A program made the translations under genes and the position numbers. Positions 1 through 9,389 of a stretch of DNA of 64,000 nt are shown in pieces (position 1 is the stretch's first letter; each line of letters opens with the position of its first letter). The notes under the pieces were generated by a model. That model searched no databases. It was not told the DNA's origin and worked only from the letters and a program-made list of their open reading frames with translations. Location: positions 128,001 through 192,000 of the forward strand of contig OY759726.1 of NCBI GenBank assembly GCA_963662625.1, given 5' to 3'. Origin of the DNA: Nitrosopumilus sp. (lineage in GTDB: Archaea > Thermoproteota > Nitrososphaeria > Nitrososphaerales > Nitrosopumilaceae).

Positions 1-341
1 AAGACGTTGGCGAACGTGTCCCAGCTCATCCCGGAGGAGCCGAAGCCCTCCAGCACGATCTTGCGCGAGTGCGAGTCGACCTTCAGGCTGATCCTCGCCC
101 CGTGCCCGCCACCGATCGCGGTCCTACAGGCGCGCGCCTCGTTGGCGTAGAGCTCCCTGATCCCAGACGACGGATTCGCGTAGAGGTCCTTGCTGATCCT
201 CTGCCTGACGACGTCCTTCTCCAGGTCGGTCGAAATGAACCCGCCCGCGCTTCCGTCCGGCATGTCGCCGGCCCATCCTGTCTGCTGGAGCTTCAGCGGC
301 TCCTCTTTCCTTATCTCTGGCTTGTAGTACTTCTCACCCAT
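1..341 (-). CDS. GHKL (Hsp90-like/rIIA-like) ATPase paralog, N-terminal part (runs off the window)
   Basis: Near-identical copy of the 5' end of the 457..2661 gene (MGEKYYKPEIR...LYANPSSGIRELYANEARA). It differs in one patch (RISLKVDSHS vs SIRLTVEYGS). Confidence 0.75.
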   Translation of the reverse strand, partial: MGEKYYKPEIRKEEPLKLQQTGWAGDMPDGSAGGFISTDLEKDVVRQRISKDLYANPSSGIRELYANEARACRTAIGGGHGARISLKVDSHSRKIVLEGFGSSGMSWDTFANV

Positions 342-457
342 GTGATCTACCCCCTTTGGTTCGTTGTCGCGGGCCTTCCACCCGCCAGCCGGCGCCGCCA
401 CGGCGCGGTCCCCACAGCGCGTCCCGGTGGCCTGGGGGCGGGCTCCCGCCCGCCGTC
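1..457. repeat. Direct repeat, copy 1 (pairs with 2321..2777): hairpin leader plus GHKL 5' coding region
   Basis: Identical at offset 2320 except for clustered substitutions at about 69-93 and one near 126. Confidence 0.95.
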
Positions 458-2661
458 TACTCATTCCGGACCCCGCCGCGGCGGCCGCCCTGGCTCCGGC
501 CTTGGTCGCTGGCCAGGCGAGCGTCTATCTCCCCGATCAGGCGCATGTAGGCATCCGACCAGTGGGGGTTCCCGCCCCTCATGAACTCGGTGAACACCTC
601 CCTGATCATGGGCTCCCGGATCCCGACGTAAAACTCGTAGAACCGCATCACGTCGGCGTCGACGTCCCTCCAGGACTGGTACACCAGCCCGGCCACCCCG
701 GAGAACTCGGAGGACATGTCTTCCATCCTGAGGCACTTCTGCATTCCCCTTCGCATGGCCTTGCCGTACCTGTCTGGCTTCCCGTCAACCCCATGGTACA
801 GGAGGATCGGGAGAAGTGACTGCTTGCTGACGTCGACTGCCAGCAGGCCGCCCTGGCTCATCTTCCCGGCGGCCTTTCCGGCCGGGAACTTCACCATCCT
901 CAGGTCCCACTTGGGGTCGCATATGTCCCTCACCGTCATCACCCCCTCGCTGGTGGAGTAAATCCTCCCCCCGAGGGACTCGCGGAAGTCGGGCCACGCC
1001 ACCCCTTCAAAGTCCGGGCCGACGGAACCGGCCTTGGCGTACCTGAACCCGAACTCGTCGCTCTGGTAGTTCCAGGCGATGGCCGTGAGCCCGTTCTGCA
1101 CGGATTCGAACTCCTCCCCTACCAGCACCAGGTTTTCCGGCAGGTCATCGGAGGCCATGGACGTCGCCTTTTTGTGGCCCCAGGAGGTGTACACCCTGGT
1201 TTTCCTGGGGACCTTCGCCGATTTTTTCACCTTGATGCCGTTCTCCTTCATGTACCGCCTGACGGGGGTGAGGCCTTCGGCCTCCAGCATGTCATACGCC
1301 GCGGCGTCGGGGATCCTGACCACCTTAATTTCTCGGTCGTGCTCCTCGATCGCCTCGAGGATTGCCGAGCTGAACGCCCTGGTTATGAGGACCTTCGGCC
1401 CGCTGATGATACTCCCGAGCGGCCAGCATCCCCCGCCTATGCACCCGCTTGCCTCCACCGCCATGGCGCTCCTGTAGCCGGCGTACATGGCGCGGTGCCT
1501 GAACGGCACCAGCCCCTCGTACACCCCGCGCCCGACGTGGTTCGTCAGGCAGTCAAGCAGCCTGCATGATGGATCGGACAGGTAGCCTGTCAGCGTCCTC
1601 TTCCCATGGGACATTACCCTGGCCTCGATCAGGGCGTCGACCCTCTCGCTGACCCTGCCGGCGGCCTCGTCGCTGAGCCTCTCCCTGTCAGGCGTGGGCT
1701 TGTACTTGCGCTCGTCCCTGACGTTGACCGACACCAGTCCGATGTGTCCGCGGTACTTGCCAACGTAGTCGTACTGGATTGGTATGCCGCACAGGTATGC
1801 CACCGTCCTGCCGCCGCCCACTCCGGGCGAGGCCATCACGACCACCTCGATCTCGTCGTCACCCACGTCTTGGACGGTGGGCTTCCTGAGGATCGCCTCG
1901 GCGTAATCGCCATCAACGCGGAACCGCCCGGCGGATATCTCCCCAAGCGTCTTCCGCGTGACGGCGCCCTCGTACTCCGAAACCCCGTTGTCCGGGTTAC
2001 GCCCCCTGCCGTCGAGGACGATCTCAGTGGGGACCCCGCTCATCTCGGCGCAGGCGTGCACCATCCTGACGATCTCCCCCAGGTCGACGTCCTCCCTGGC
2101 CGTCAGGGAGACCCTGGTCCCAAAGTCGCCCTTATCGGGCGTGGGGAGCCCCGTCTGGAACCCCTCCCCGGCCTTGCCCATCACGGCGTACCTTTCGCCG
2201 GTCTCGCGGCAGTGCGTCTCCAGGATCATGATGTCGGAGATGCACATGTACGCCGCGCGCCCGAAGCCGAACTGGCCGGACTCCCGCCCGTCGAAGTTGG
2301 TGCTGCGCCCGAGGACGCAGAAGACGTTGGCGAACGTGTCCCAGCTCATCCCGGAGGAGCCGAAGCCCTCCAGCACGATCTTGCGCGACCCGTACTCCAC
2401 CGTGAGACGGATGCTCGCCCCGTGCCCGCCACCGATCGCGGTCCTGCAGGCGCGCGCCTCGTTGGCGTAGAGCTCCCTGATCCCAGACGACGGATTCGCG
2501 TAGAGGTCCTTGCTGATCCTCTGCCTGACGACGTCCTTCTCCAGGTCGGTCGAAATGAACCCGCCCGCGCTTCCGTCCGGCATGTCGCCGGCCCATCCTG
2601 TCTGCTGGAGCTTCAGCGGCTCCTCTTTCCTTATCTCTGGCTTGTAGTACTTCTCACCCAT
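457..2661 (-). CDS. GHKL/HATPase_c (Hsp90-like, phage rIIA-like) ATPase, about 734 aa
   Basis: LYANP..IRELYAN motif, G.GMS, GQFGFG, later PTPDRERLS (rIIA-like PxRExL). Start placed at MGEKYY behind a GGGGGT SD-like sequence. Confidence 0.75.
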   Translation of the reverse strand: MGEKYYKPEIRKEEPLKLQQTGWAGDMPDGSAGGFISTDLEKDVVRQRISKDLYANPSSGIRELYANEARACRTAIGGGHGASIRLTVEYGSRKIVLEGFGSSGMSWDTFANVFCVLGRSTNFDGRESGQFGFGRAAYMCISDIMILETHCRETGERYAVMGKAGEGFQTGLPTPDKGDFGTRVSLTAREDVDLGEIVRMVHACAEMSGVPTEIVLDGRGRNPDNGVSEYEGAVTRKTLGEISAGRFRVDGDYAEAILRKPTVQDVGDDEIEVVVMASPGVGGGRTVAYLCGIPIQYDYVGKYRGHIGLVSVNVRDERKYKPTPDRERLSDEAAGRVSERVDALIEARVMSHGKRTLTGYLSDPSCRLLDCLTNHVGRGVYEGLVPFRHRAMYAGYRSAMAVEASGCIGGGCWPLGSIISGPKVLITRAFSSAILEAIEEHDREIKVVRIPDAAAYDMLEAEGLTPVRRYMKENGIKVKKSAKVPRKTRVYTSWGHKKATSMASDDLPENLVLVGEEFESVQNGLTAIAWNYQSDEFGFRYAKAGSVGPDFEGVAWPDFRESLGGRIYSTSEGVMTVRDICDPKWDLRMVKFPAGKAAGKMSQGGLLAVDVSKQSLLPILLYHGVDGKPDRYGKAMRRGMQKCLRMEDMSSEFSGVAGLVYQSWRDVDADVMRFYEFYVGIREPMIREVFTEFMRGGNPHWSDAYMRLIGEIDARLASDQGRSQGGRRGGVRNE

Positions 2662-2777
2662 GTGATCTACCCCCTTTGGTTCGTTGTCGCGGGCCTTCCA
2701 CCCGCCAGCCGGCGCCGCCACGGCGCGGTCCCCACAGCGCGTCCCGGTGGCCTGGGGGCGGGCTCCCGCCCGCCGTC
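2321..2777. repeat. Direct repeat, copy 2 (pairs with 1..457)
   Basis: Direct sequence comparison. Confidence 0.95.
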
Positions 2778-2790
2778 GATGTCCGGGGCG

Positions 2791-3327
2791 TCATTCCCCC
2801 GCCCCCATGCTGATCACCCTGTCGCAGGTGGCAAGCCCGCACGGGTGCATCCAGTCCTTTTTTGGTACCTGCGGCCGGGAGACTGTTATCCTCCCGTGGA
2901 TGGTCCGGTCCCTCAGGGACTCCTCGACCTCCGCGGGGTCGAACCCCGTGGTGCTGAACTTGATGTAGAACGGCCTCCCGTCGGCCCTGAGGACCGACGT
3001 GTTGGCGTACCTCTCCCACATTGGATATGGCACCAGCCAGCCGCTCTCCCCGGGGCCGCCGTCATCCGGCCCGTACCGCACTGTGGAGCCGTCGGAGATC
3101 ATCCGCCCCATCATGAACCTCGCGCTGTCCATGATGGCTCCGTCCGGGACCCTGTCCCTGAGCGCCCCGCTGGAGCCGGAGGGGATCTTGACCCAGCCGC
3201 CGCACACCAGGAAGTTGGGGAAGACGTCCCAGAACCGCATGATCCGGGTCACCATCTTCCCGGACCTCCCGGAGAACATCTTCTCTTGGGGGATCACCTC
3301 TAGCGACAGTTCCGCCATGGACGCCAT
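2791..3327 (-). CDS. Hypothetical protein
   Basis: Normal amino-acid composition from MASMAELSLEV; GGGGGTGG SD-like sequence upstream. Confidence 0.6.
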   Translation of the reverse strand: MASMAELSLEVIPQEKMFSGRSGKMVTRIMRFWDVFPNFLVCGGWVKIPSGSSGALRDRVPDGAIMDSARFMMGRMISDGSTVRYGPDDGGPGESGWLVPYPMWERYANTSVLRADGRPFYIKFSTTGFDPAEVEESLRDRTIHGRITVSRPQVPKKDWMHPCGLATCDRVISMGAGE

Positions 3328-3364
3328 CCGGCACCACCCCCGGCGCGCGGCGTGGTTTCGGACA

Positions 3365-3661
3365 TCAGTCCCCGTACCTCGCCCCGGCGTCATCGTGCCC
3401 GCACTCATGGCAGTGGAACGCGCCGTCGTCGGCGCGTTCGTATTCCGGCGAGTCGCACTCGGGACAGTTGTCCCTTATCCAGTACTCCCACATGTTGACG
3501 GCGATGTCGCGCGGGGCACGCGCCCCTTCGGGATCCCAGTCCGCGTCGAAGAAACTTTCGTTCGTCGAGGGGCTCGGGATCAGCATCGCGTTTACCGCCG
3601 CGTCCCCGTGATCCCGTCGGAGTATCCGCTCGACCTCGCCCATCTTTTCGGAGTCGGCCAT
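3365..3661 (-). CDS. Small zinc-ribbon protein
   Basis: CPEC...CHECG; start overlaps the upstream stop (TGATG). Confidence 0.65.
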   Translation of the reverse strand: MADSEKMGEVERILRRDHGDAAVNAMLIPSPSTNESFFDADWDPEGARAPRDIAVNMWEYWIRDNCPECDSPEYERADDGAFHCHECGHDDAGARYGD

Positions 3662-4134
3662 CACGCAAACCTCTCGTGCAGCTTGTCCTTGAGGGCCAGG
3701 TCTTCCTCGTCCAGTTCGCCGTAATCCAGCTTCTCGAATGGCTCGCCCGTGTGGTCCGACGCCCATGTATCCATCTCTCTGGTCACGGCGCAACCTGCCC
3801 GGGCGCAGTGTTTGCCGATTCGGGCGCCGCCGCCGTGTCCCCAGGCCCCCGGGTTTTCGGTCAAGCCGCCCTCAATCTCGACGGATGCGGCCCACTTGTG
3901 GCCGCCGTTGTGGGTGCATGGAGGCTCCGGGGGGTCGATGACCACGGCCGTCTGGTGGTCATCGCCGTCGGGATCCGTCACGACGCCGTAGACGCGGCAC
4001 GGCGCGGAGTCTGACCACTCGTCCCGCATCCAGTCGCGGGCCTGCCGGAGGGCGTCGTCCAGGGATTCGGCCTGGATCGTCTCCTCGGTGTCGGAATCAT
4101 CCGTTACGGTGTAGGTCTGCATCTTCCGAGTCAT
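3661..4134 (-). CDS. Hypothetical acidic protein
   Basis: ATGA overlap with the 4131 stop; MTRKMQTYTV start. Confidence 0.65.
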   Translation of the reverse strand: MTRKMQTYTVTDDSDTEETIQAESLDDALRQARDWMRDEWSDSAPCRVYGVVTDPDGDDHQTAVVIDPPEPPCTHNGGHKWAASVEIEGGLTENPGAWGHGGGARIGKHCARAGCAVTREMDTWASDHTGEPFEKLDYGELDEEDLALKDKLHERFA

Positions 4135-4817
4135 GCCGCGGCCTCGCGCTCGCAGTTGGGGCACTCGACGTGCTCGTACGCGGCGTCATGGACCTCGCGC
4201 GCCTTCCAGTCGCACTCGCGGCACGCCAGGACGTGGAGCGAGCGCGCGTTGTAGGGCTCATGCCAGGAGATGACCAGGCCGGAGCAGTCGGGGCAGGGGA
4301 AATGCTTCACCGTGGTGTAGCCCGTCTTGTCCCCGAGCCATCTCCCGTCGCTGCCGTCGTCCCTCCCCTTGTCGTTGATGGCTTTGTCATGGGCGGCCTC
4401 GCGCTCGCAGTTGGGGCACTCGACGTGCTCGTACGCGGCGTCATGGACCTCGCGCGCCTCCCAGTCGCACTCGCAGCACGCCAGGACGTGGAGCGAGCCA
4501 GCGTCGTGGTGCTCATACCAGGAGTTGACCTGGCCGTTACAGTCCGGGCAGGGGACATCCGTTACCGTGGTGTCACCCCCCGCCACCGCGGGGATCCCGC
4601 ACACCTGCCCGGACCCGTCCCGGACTATCTCCGCCGTGGCCGGCACCCTGGCATTCAGGGTCACCGCGTACGACCTGGCGCCGTGCCGCACGATGACGGC
4701 CGCGACGTTGCCGGGCCTGAAGCCCTCCGGGAGGAGGCTCGCCGCCTCCACCGTCTTACCTGCCATGGGGATCTCGCCCCACTCTAGTTCTCCCCTGTAC
4801 TTTGCTACCTGTTCCAA
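4131..4817 (-). CDS. Ubl-fusion 1: SAMP/MoaD-like domain (4575..4817) plus two tandem zinc-ribbon repeats
   Basis: TTG start behind GGAGGTGG; 81-aa module ends in VCGIPAVAGG; cargo is (CPDC..CxEC..CPNC)x2 from a 255-bp-period duplication. Confidence 0.8.
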   Translation of the reverse strand: MEQVAKYRGELEWGEIPMAGKTVEAASLLPEGFRPGNVAAVIVRHGARSYAVTLNARVPATAEIVRDGSGQVCGIPAVAGGDTTVTDVPCPDCNGQVNSWYEHHDAGSLHVLACCECDWEAREVHDAAYEHVECPNCEREAAHDKAINDKGRDDGSDGRWLGDKTGYTTVKHFPCPDCSGLVISWHEPYNARSLHVLACRECDWKAREVHDAAYEHVECPNCEREAAA

Positions 4818-4921
4818 GGAACCACCTCCAGTGATCCGTTGTCCTGCCGTGATGGCAGTGGCTGCCGCGGTTCCGCGGCGGGGGCCTGGCGGCCCCCAGT
4901 CTCGTCCCCTTCCGGCCGCGC
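4575..4921 (-). repeat. Ubl cassette plus type A leader, copy 1 (also 6986..7332 and 11191..11537)
   Basis: About 345-bp near-identical repeat; leader carries three adjacent GC hairpins and the SD. Confidence 0.95.
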
Positions 4922-4939
4922 CGGCCGCGCCGCCGCGCC

Positions 4940-5077
4940 TCATCCCCCCGCCTCCGCCACGAAGCAGGTGTGCCTTCCGCAGAACTGGCACGGGCCAAAG
5001 CCAACCACCTTTTCTATCTGAAGGCCGATCGGCCCCGCGCAGTTGGCGCAAGCATGCACCTCAAGATCGCCGCTCAT
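4940..5077 (-). CDS. Mini zinc-finger protein (45 aa)
   Basis: CANC...GPCQFCGRHTCF; ATGA-coupled to the upstream gene. Confidence 0.6.
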   Translation of the reverse strand: MSGDLEVHACANCAGPIGLQIEKVVGFGPCQFCGRHTCFVAEAGG

Positions 5078-5268
5078 CGCCGATCCCGCCCGTCGGGTTC
5101 GCTCCTGCCGCCAAGGCCCACGCGTTGAGGCTCGGTGAAGCAGGTCGTCCGGCCGCATTTCCGGCACGGCCCAGGCGGGAACCTCCTGGGATCACGGCCG
5201 TCGCCGAGGAACTCATCCTTGCAGTAGAGGCAGGTGTGATGGCCCGGGGGCCCTGCAGGCTGGCTCAC
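5074..5268 (-). CDS. Mini zinc-finger protein (64 aa)
   Basis: CLYC...GPCRKCGRTTCF; GTGA-coupled. Confidence 0.6.
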   Translation of the reverse strand: MSQPAGPPGHHTCLYCKDEFLGDGRDPRRFPPGPCRKCGRTTCFTEPQRVGLGGRSEPDGRDRR

Positions 5269-5408
5269 TCGTCACGCACCGTCCACACGAACCCGCACGT
5301 CAGTTCCCCGCAGCCATCGCAGAGCATGGGCTCCTGGCCCATCCCAGTCCTGATGGCGATCCTCTGCTCATCGGCGCATTCGTGGCATAGCGGGTGGGGC
5401 GGCATCAT
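5265..5408 (-). CDS. Mini zinc-finger protein (47 aa, not in the ORF track)
   Basis: Hand translation: MMPPHPLCHECADEQRIAIRTGMGQEPMLCDGCGELTCGFVWTVRDE; start/stop overlaps at both ends. Confidence 0.6.
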   Translation of the reverse strand: MMPPHPLCHECADEQRIAIRTGMGQEPMLCDGCGELTCGFVWTVRDE

Positions 5409-7228
5409 TCGTCCTCCCAGTCCCTGTCCCGGATGCGCTCCAGGATCCTCCCGTACTTCTCCTCCGCCTCTTCGACGTCCACCCGGAGGTAGTCATCGTT
5501 GACGCAGATGGAGTAGAACTCGCACTTGGTCAGGATCCGGACGCCGCCTTCCGGGGAGCCCATGATCTCCCTGATCGTCCCCAGTTCGGCATGGGTGGGG
5601 GAACGCCCGGCGTCCTCGTCATCCAGGACCACCGCGTACATTTCCACCCCGCCCTTCCCGGGGAACGTCTCCCATTCGAGGCCGCACTCGAACGACCAGT
5701 CGTCCCCGTCGCAGGAGTAGATCGTTTCCAACCCGCCGGTCCAGGAGGAGGACGATGGAAAGAAGGACGGCTCGCCTATCTCCCCGGTCTCCGGGTCCAC
5801 CTCCACGGCGGCCGAACCCCCGCCGAGACACCCGATCTCGTGGGCCTTCGCGACGTGCCCCGCGATCTTGTCGGATTCGTCCACCATTCCGGCGATCGCC
5901 CGCATCCGGTGGAGGAACCTCCGGTATGTCTCCACGGCCCCATCGGCGGCCTCGATGACCGTCTCTGGAGAGTACAGGCAGCCGGCCACCTCCGCATCGG
6001 TGAGCTTTCGCACGTCCTGGCGTTCGTCGAGACCGGATTCGCGGATCTCGGCAAGGGTGGCCTCGCGCCCCACCTTGTCGAGACCAAACAGTGAATTCCG
6101 GGCCTCCACCAGGCGCCCCTCGAATCCGGCGATGGACGCGTTCTCTACGCAACGCTCGTCAAGCTCCTCCCCAAGGTACACCGAGTCGAGGGAGTAAAGG
6201 CTGACCCAACCCGGGGTGCAGGAGCGGCCGTCTGGACTGGTGGCCACGGCGACGGCGCCGGTCTTCTCGCTTGCCTCAAGGGACTGGTGTGCCTCCCCGG
6301 GGTGGAGCGCGCAGTATACGTGCATCCCCCTCACCAGGGCCTCGATCTCGTCGGAATGGTCGGCTATCCCTTCCGCCGTCCCCCCGGCCAGCCTTTGGCA
6401 GGACTCGGTCAGCAGGCGCATTCCCCGGGCCACGTTGTCCACCATCGTGACGTCGGCCAGCAGCCCAGCGTACGCCTCTTGGGCCTTCAGGATCTCGTCC
6501 CCATAGTACTCCTCGAGGTCGAGGGCGTCGTAAAGCTCCTCGTCGGAGAAGACGCGCACCGGCCTCGACAGGTCTAGCGTGGCCCCCTCCTCGCGGAGCG
6601 TGGCCAGCTCCCCAGCGCTGGCCTCGCGGCCGGCATCGGCCAGGCACGTCCCGGCCCCGGGGTTGAGCGCGTAATGGGTGGCGAACTGGTTTCGCCGGCA
6701 CTCCGGCTCGATCTCGACTGCCCCCAGTTCCGGGTGGTCGTCCAGCCAGAAACCGTACGGCGACATCTCGGCGATGATCCCGTGCCCGTCCTTGGGGGGG
6801 TCACCATCGTCCAGCCCCTCCTCCGGCGTCTGCGTCCTGACGGAGCCTATGCTGCCGGTGGAGTAATTCGCCTCGATCCTCGCGACCATGTTTCCGATGG
6901 CGGCCTCCCTCATCATCGCCATCACGTAGCCCTTGATGTTTTCGGACTCGTCGACGATTTCGGGAATCCCGCGGGCAGCGCATGAGCCCCCCGCCACCGC
7001 GGGGATCCCGCACACCTGCCCGGACCCGTCCCGGACTATCTCCGCCGTGGCCGGCACCCGCGCCCGAAGGCACGCGGCGTACGACCTGGCGCCGTGCCGC
7101 ACGATGACGGCCGCGACGTTGCCGGGCCTGAAGCCCTCCGGGAGGAGGCTCGCCGCCTCCACCGTCTTACCTGCCATGGGGATCTCGCCCCACTCTAGTT
7201 CTCCCCTGTACTTTGCTACCTGTTCCAA
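5405..7228 (-). CDS. Ubl-fusion 2: Ubl (6986..7228) plus acidic cargo with three internal repeats
   Basis: Same 81-aa N-terminus. Repeat anchors GREASAGELATLRE / GREATLAEIRE / GRSPTHAELGTIRE and VRVFSD / VRKLTD / VRILTK. Confidence 0.85.
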   Translation of the reverse strand: MEQVAKYRGELEWGEIPMAGKTVEAASLLPEGFRPGNVAAVIVRHGARSYAACLRARVPATAEIVRDGSGQVCGIPAVAGGSCAARGIPEIVDESENIKGYVMAMMREAAIGNMVARIEANYSTGSIGSVRTQTPEEGLDDGDPPKDGHGIIAEMSPYGFWLDDHPELGAVEIEPECRRNQFATHYALNPGAGTCLADAGREASAGELATLREEGATLDLSRPVRVFSDEELYDALDLEEYYGDEILKAQEAYAGLLADVTMVDNVARGMRLLTESCQRLAGGTAEGIADHSDEIEALVRGMHVYCALHPGEAHQSLEASEKTGAVAVATSPDGRSCTPGWVSLYSLDSVYLGEELDERCVENASIAGFEGRLVEARNSLFGLDKVGREATLAEIRESGLDERQDVRKLTDAEVAGCLYSPETVIEAADGAVETYRRFLHRMRAIAGMVDESDKIAGHVAKAHEIGCLGGGSAAVEVDPETGEIGEPSFFPSSSSWTGGLETIYSCDGDDWSFECGLEWETFPGKGGVEMYAVVLDDEDAGRSPTHAELGTIREIMGSPEGGVRILTKCEFYSICVNDDYLRVDVEEAEEKYGRILERIRDRDWEDE

Positions 7229-7562
7229 GGAACCACCTCCAGTGATCCGTTGTCCTGCCGTGACGGCAGTGGCTGCCGCGGTTCCGCGGCGGGGGCCGGG
7301 CGGCCCCCGGTCTCGTCCCCTTCCGGCCGCGCCTGGCGGCCAGTCCCGGCAAGTGCCGGCCGGCGCATCTACGTTTCGGGGCCTTGGCCCCTTCCGGCCG
7401 CGGGCCCGCCAGTGGGCGGGCCGCCCGCAGCCACGCCTGGGGGGTCACCCCCAAGGCCTGGTGACGCTGCTTGTCCAACGACGGCGCGGGCCACGCCCGG
7501 GTTGGATCCGTGGTGGCATCGGGTGGTCGCGGCCGTCATGCCAACACCTGCCTCACGGGAGG

Positions 7563-7569
7563 ATATAAG
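7563..7569 (-). promoter_or_regulatory. Archaeal TATA box ahead of a roughly 310-nt hairpin-rich leader of Ubl-fusion 2
   Basis: CTTATAT on the minus strand; the only AT-rich spot in the 7229-7586 intergenic region. Confidence 0.5.
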
Positions 7570-7586
7570 CCAACCCGTGGCGGCGG

Positions 7587-8216
7587 TCACGTCCCGGGCC
7601 ACGGGTTGGAACCAAGCCAGCCGTCACGGTCGGCCCTGGAGAGGGCGTCCAGAAGCTCATCGCTGGGGGAGTGGTTCCTCACCCTTCCCACCAGGCTCCT
7701 GAGCCCCCTTTTCCCCCTCTCGACCAGGCCCTCCATCCCGCAGGCCTCGCACTGTTCCAGGTGGCAGGTAGCCTTCCCGACTGACTCGTACAGCCTCAGC
7801 AGCGGGCTGTCCCACATCATCACGGCGTAGGACACGCCAAGTTCGGTCTGGAAGTCGTACCTCTTCACCCCCAGCAGTATCCCGACCGGGGAGGTCGTGA
7901 CGTACTGGCACATCGCGCGGAGGGGGACCCATTCCCTGTGGCTGATCATGGAGTCGATCTCCCCCCACCTCTGTTCCGCGCCCATCCCCACGTGGCCGAA
8001 GACCCTCCTGACTCGGCCAGTGTCGCCATCCAGGAGCGCCACCTTGACGCCGCGGGCGTCACCGCCCATGGTGGGGATTGTCCTGTCCACTACCCCCACG
8101 CGGAGGTGGCGCGCGCCTGACTTTTGGCGGGTCTCGATCTCCACCACCTGGCCCTCCACGGTGCCGCCGTCGACTGGAATTTCGAACCCAGTCGCCGGCC
8201 TTTTCCGGCGGTCCAC
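7587..8216 (-). CDS. Hypothetical protein
   Basis: 209-aa ORF tightly packed with its neighbour. Confidence 0.6.
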   Translation of the reverse strand: MDRRKRPATGFEIPVDGGTVEGQVVEIETRQKSGARHLRVGVVDRTIPTMGGDARGVKVALLDGDTGRVRRVFGHVGMGAEQRWGEIDSMISHREWVPLRAMCQYVTTSPVGILLGVKRYDFQTELGVSYAVMMWDSPLLRLYESVGKATCHLEQCEACGMEGLVERGKRGLRSLVGRVRNHSPSDELLDALSRADRDGWLGSNPWPGT

Positions 8217-8217
8217 G

Positions 8218-8622
8218 CTACCTCACGACGAATGCGTCGCCCTTCGATCCGGGGTCGCGAGCGGTGCACTTCTCCGGGGAGTCGCCGAACGGCTTTTCGT
8301 GCAGCACTATGCGATCCTCCCGGCCCGTGCAGGGCTGGCAGACGAAATAGTGCGACTCCCCGCCGCCCCTGGCCAGTTCCACGAGTTCGGCCGCCAGGCT
8401 CGCCAGGTCGTCCCCGGATATGCTGAACCCGGTGGTGCGCCTGACCCCGGCGTCCCCCTCCCCATTGCGCATGTTCTCCGGGACGCGGTACGTGGTGTTC
8501 ACGTAGTATTGCTTCCCCTTGATGTTGCCGCCCTTCATCTGCGACACCGTGAGTATCGTGTCCGACAGGTGGCCCAGGGTCATGACCTTCTGCAGGTCGT
8601 AGGCGTATGACTCGCGGCTCAT
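8218..8622 (-). CDS. Hypothetical protein
   Basis: 134 aa; TTTTAAG box about 21 nt upstream (8643-8649). Confidence 0.65.
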   Translation of the reverse strand: MSRESYAYDLQKVMTLGHLSDTILTVSQMKGGNIKGKQYYVNTTYRVPENMRNGEGDAGVRRTTGFSISGDDLASLAAELVELARGGGESHYFVCQPCTGREDRIVLHEKPFGDSPEKCTARDPGSKGDAFVVR

Positions 8623-8987
8623 GCCGTCCGTACCCCGCTGGACTTAAAAGGCCCGAAGCAAAGTCCGCGCAGCGACGCCGCCGCCGCGGCAATCCTGCCC
8701 CCTCTATCCGGCCTGGCCTGGGCCCTCCCGGCCTCGGCCGCGGCCAGCGCCAGCAGCGACCGCCGCATCCCGTCGCCGCAGCCCGGCACCCCGACGCCGT
8801 CGACGCACTGGACCCCCACCAGGGCGACGCCCCCGTCTGGCGCGACAGTAGACTTTGACCTCCGCGGGTAGTGGGCCAGCCTGACCCTGTCCCCGTGCAG
8901 TTCCACCTGCAGGGTGCCGTCGAAGTGCCTAGACACTTCCAGCATCGCCAGCACCTTGCCCTTGACGCTCTCCTGGAGCCGGCTCAT
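8619..8987 (-). CDS. Hypothetical protein
   Basis: MSRLQESVKG start; ATGA overlaps on both sides. Confidence 0.55.
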   Translation of the reverse strand: MSRLQESVKGKVLAMLEVSRHFDGTLQVELHGDRVRLAHYPRRSKSTVAPDGGVALVGVQCVDGVGVPGCGDGMRRSLLALAAAEAGRAQARPDRGGRIAAAAASLRGLCFGPFKSSGVRTA

Positions 8988-9373
8988 GCGGCCGCCCCCT
9001 GGGTGACCTCGGCGTACGTGCTTATGCAGTCCTCGCACCTGTGCGGTTCCTCAAAGTCCAGGTCGTGCCCGGCAAGGAACTGCGCCCAGCCCCCGACGTC
9101 CCTCTGGGCGAGGTATATCGCCGCGAACTTCTCGAACGTGCGCCCAATCCCGGCGTACCTGCCGTTGAGCGCCATCGCGATCCAGTCGTAGATCTTGTAC
9201 TTGGCAACGCACAGGTCGAACCTGGCGAGGCCAATCTCCCCCGCGCTGGCGCCAAAGTAGTCCATGGTGGCCAGCACCGTGTCGTAGTACGCCGGATCCA
9301 GCCTGTTGGCCGTCCCGGTCTCGATCTTTCTGCCCTCCCTGATTAGGGAGCGTATGGTCTCATCTCTGTCCAT
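8984..9373 (-). CDS. Hypothetical protein
   Basis: GGAGGTG SD; C-terminal HRCEDC. Confidence 0.65.
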   Translation of the reverse strand: MDRDETIRSLIREGRKIETGTANRLDPAYYDTVLATMDYFGASAGEIGLARFDLCVAKYKIYDWIAMALNGRYAGIGRTFEKFAAIYLAQRDVGGWAQFLAGHDLDFEEPHRCEDCISTYAEVTQGAAA

Positions 9374-9389
9374 TTCAACACCTCCTGTG

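Noticed and set aside
1-457. Assembly artefact or terminal redundancy
   Set aside because: The copies differ by a cluster of frame-preserving substitutions, which fits real paralogs. Long reads are still needed to confirm.
7340-7425. Possible third hammerhead (stem followed by GAAAC on the minus strand)
   Set aside because: No CUGANGA before the stem and no matching stem I.
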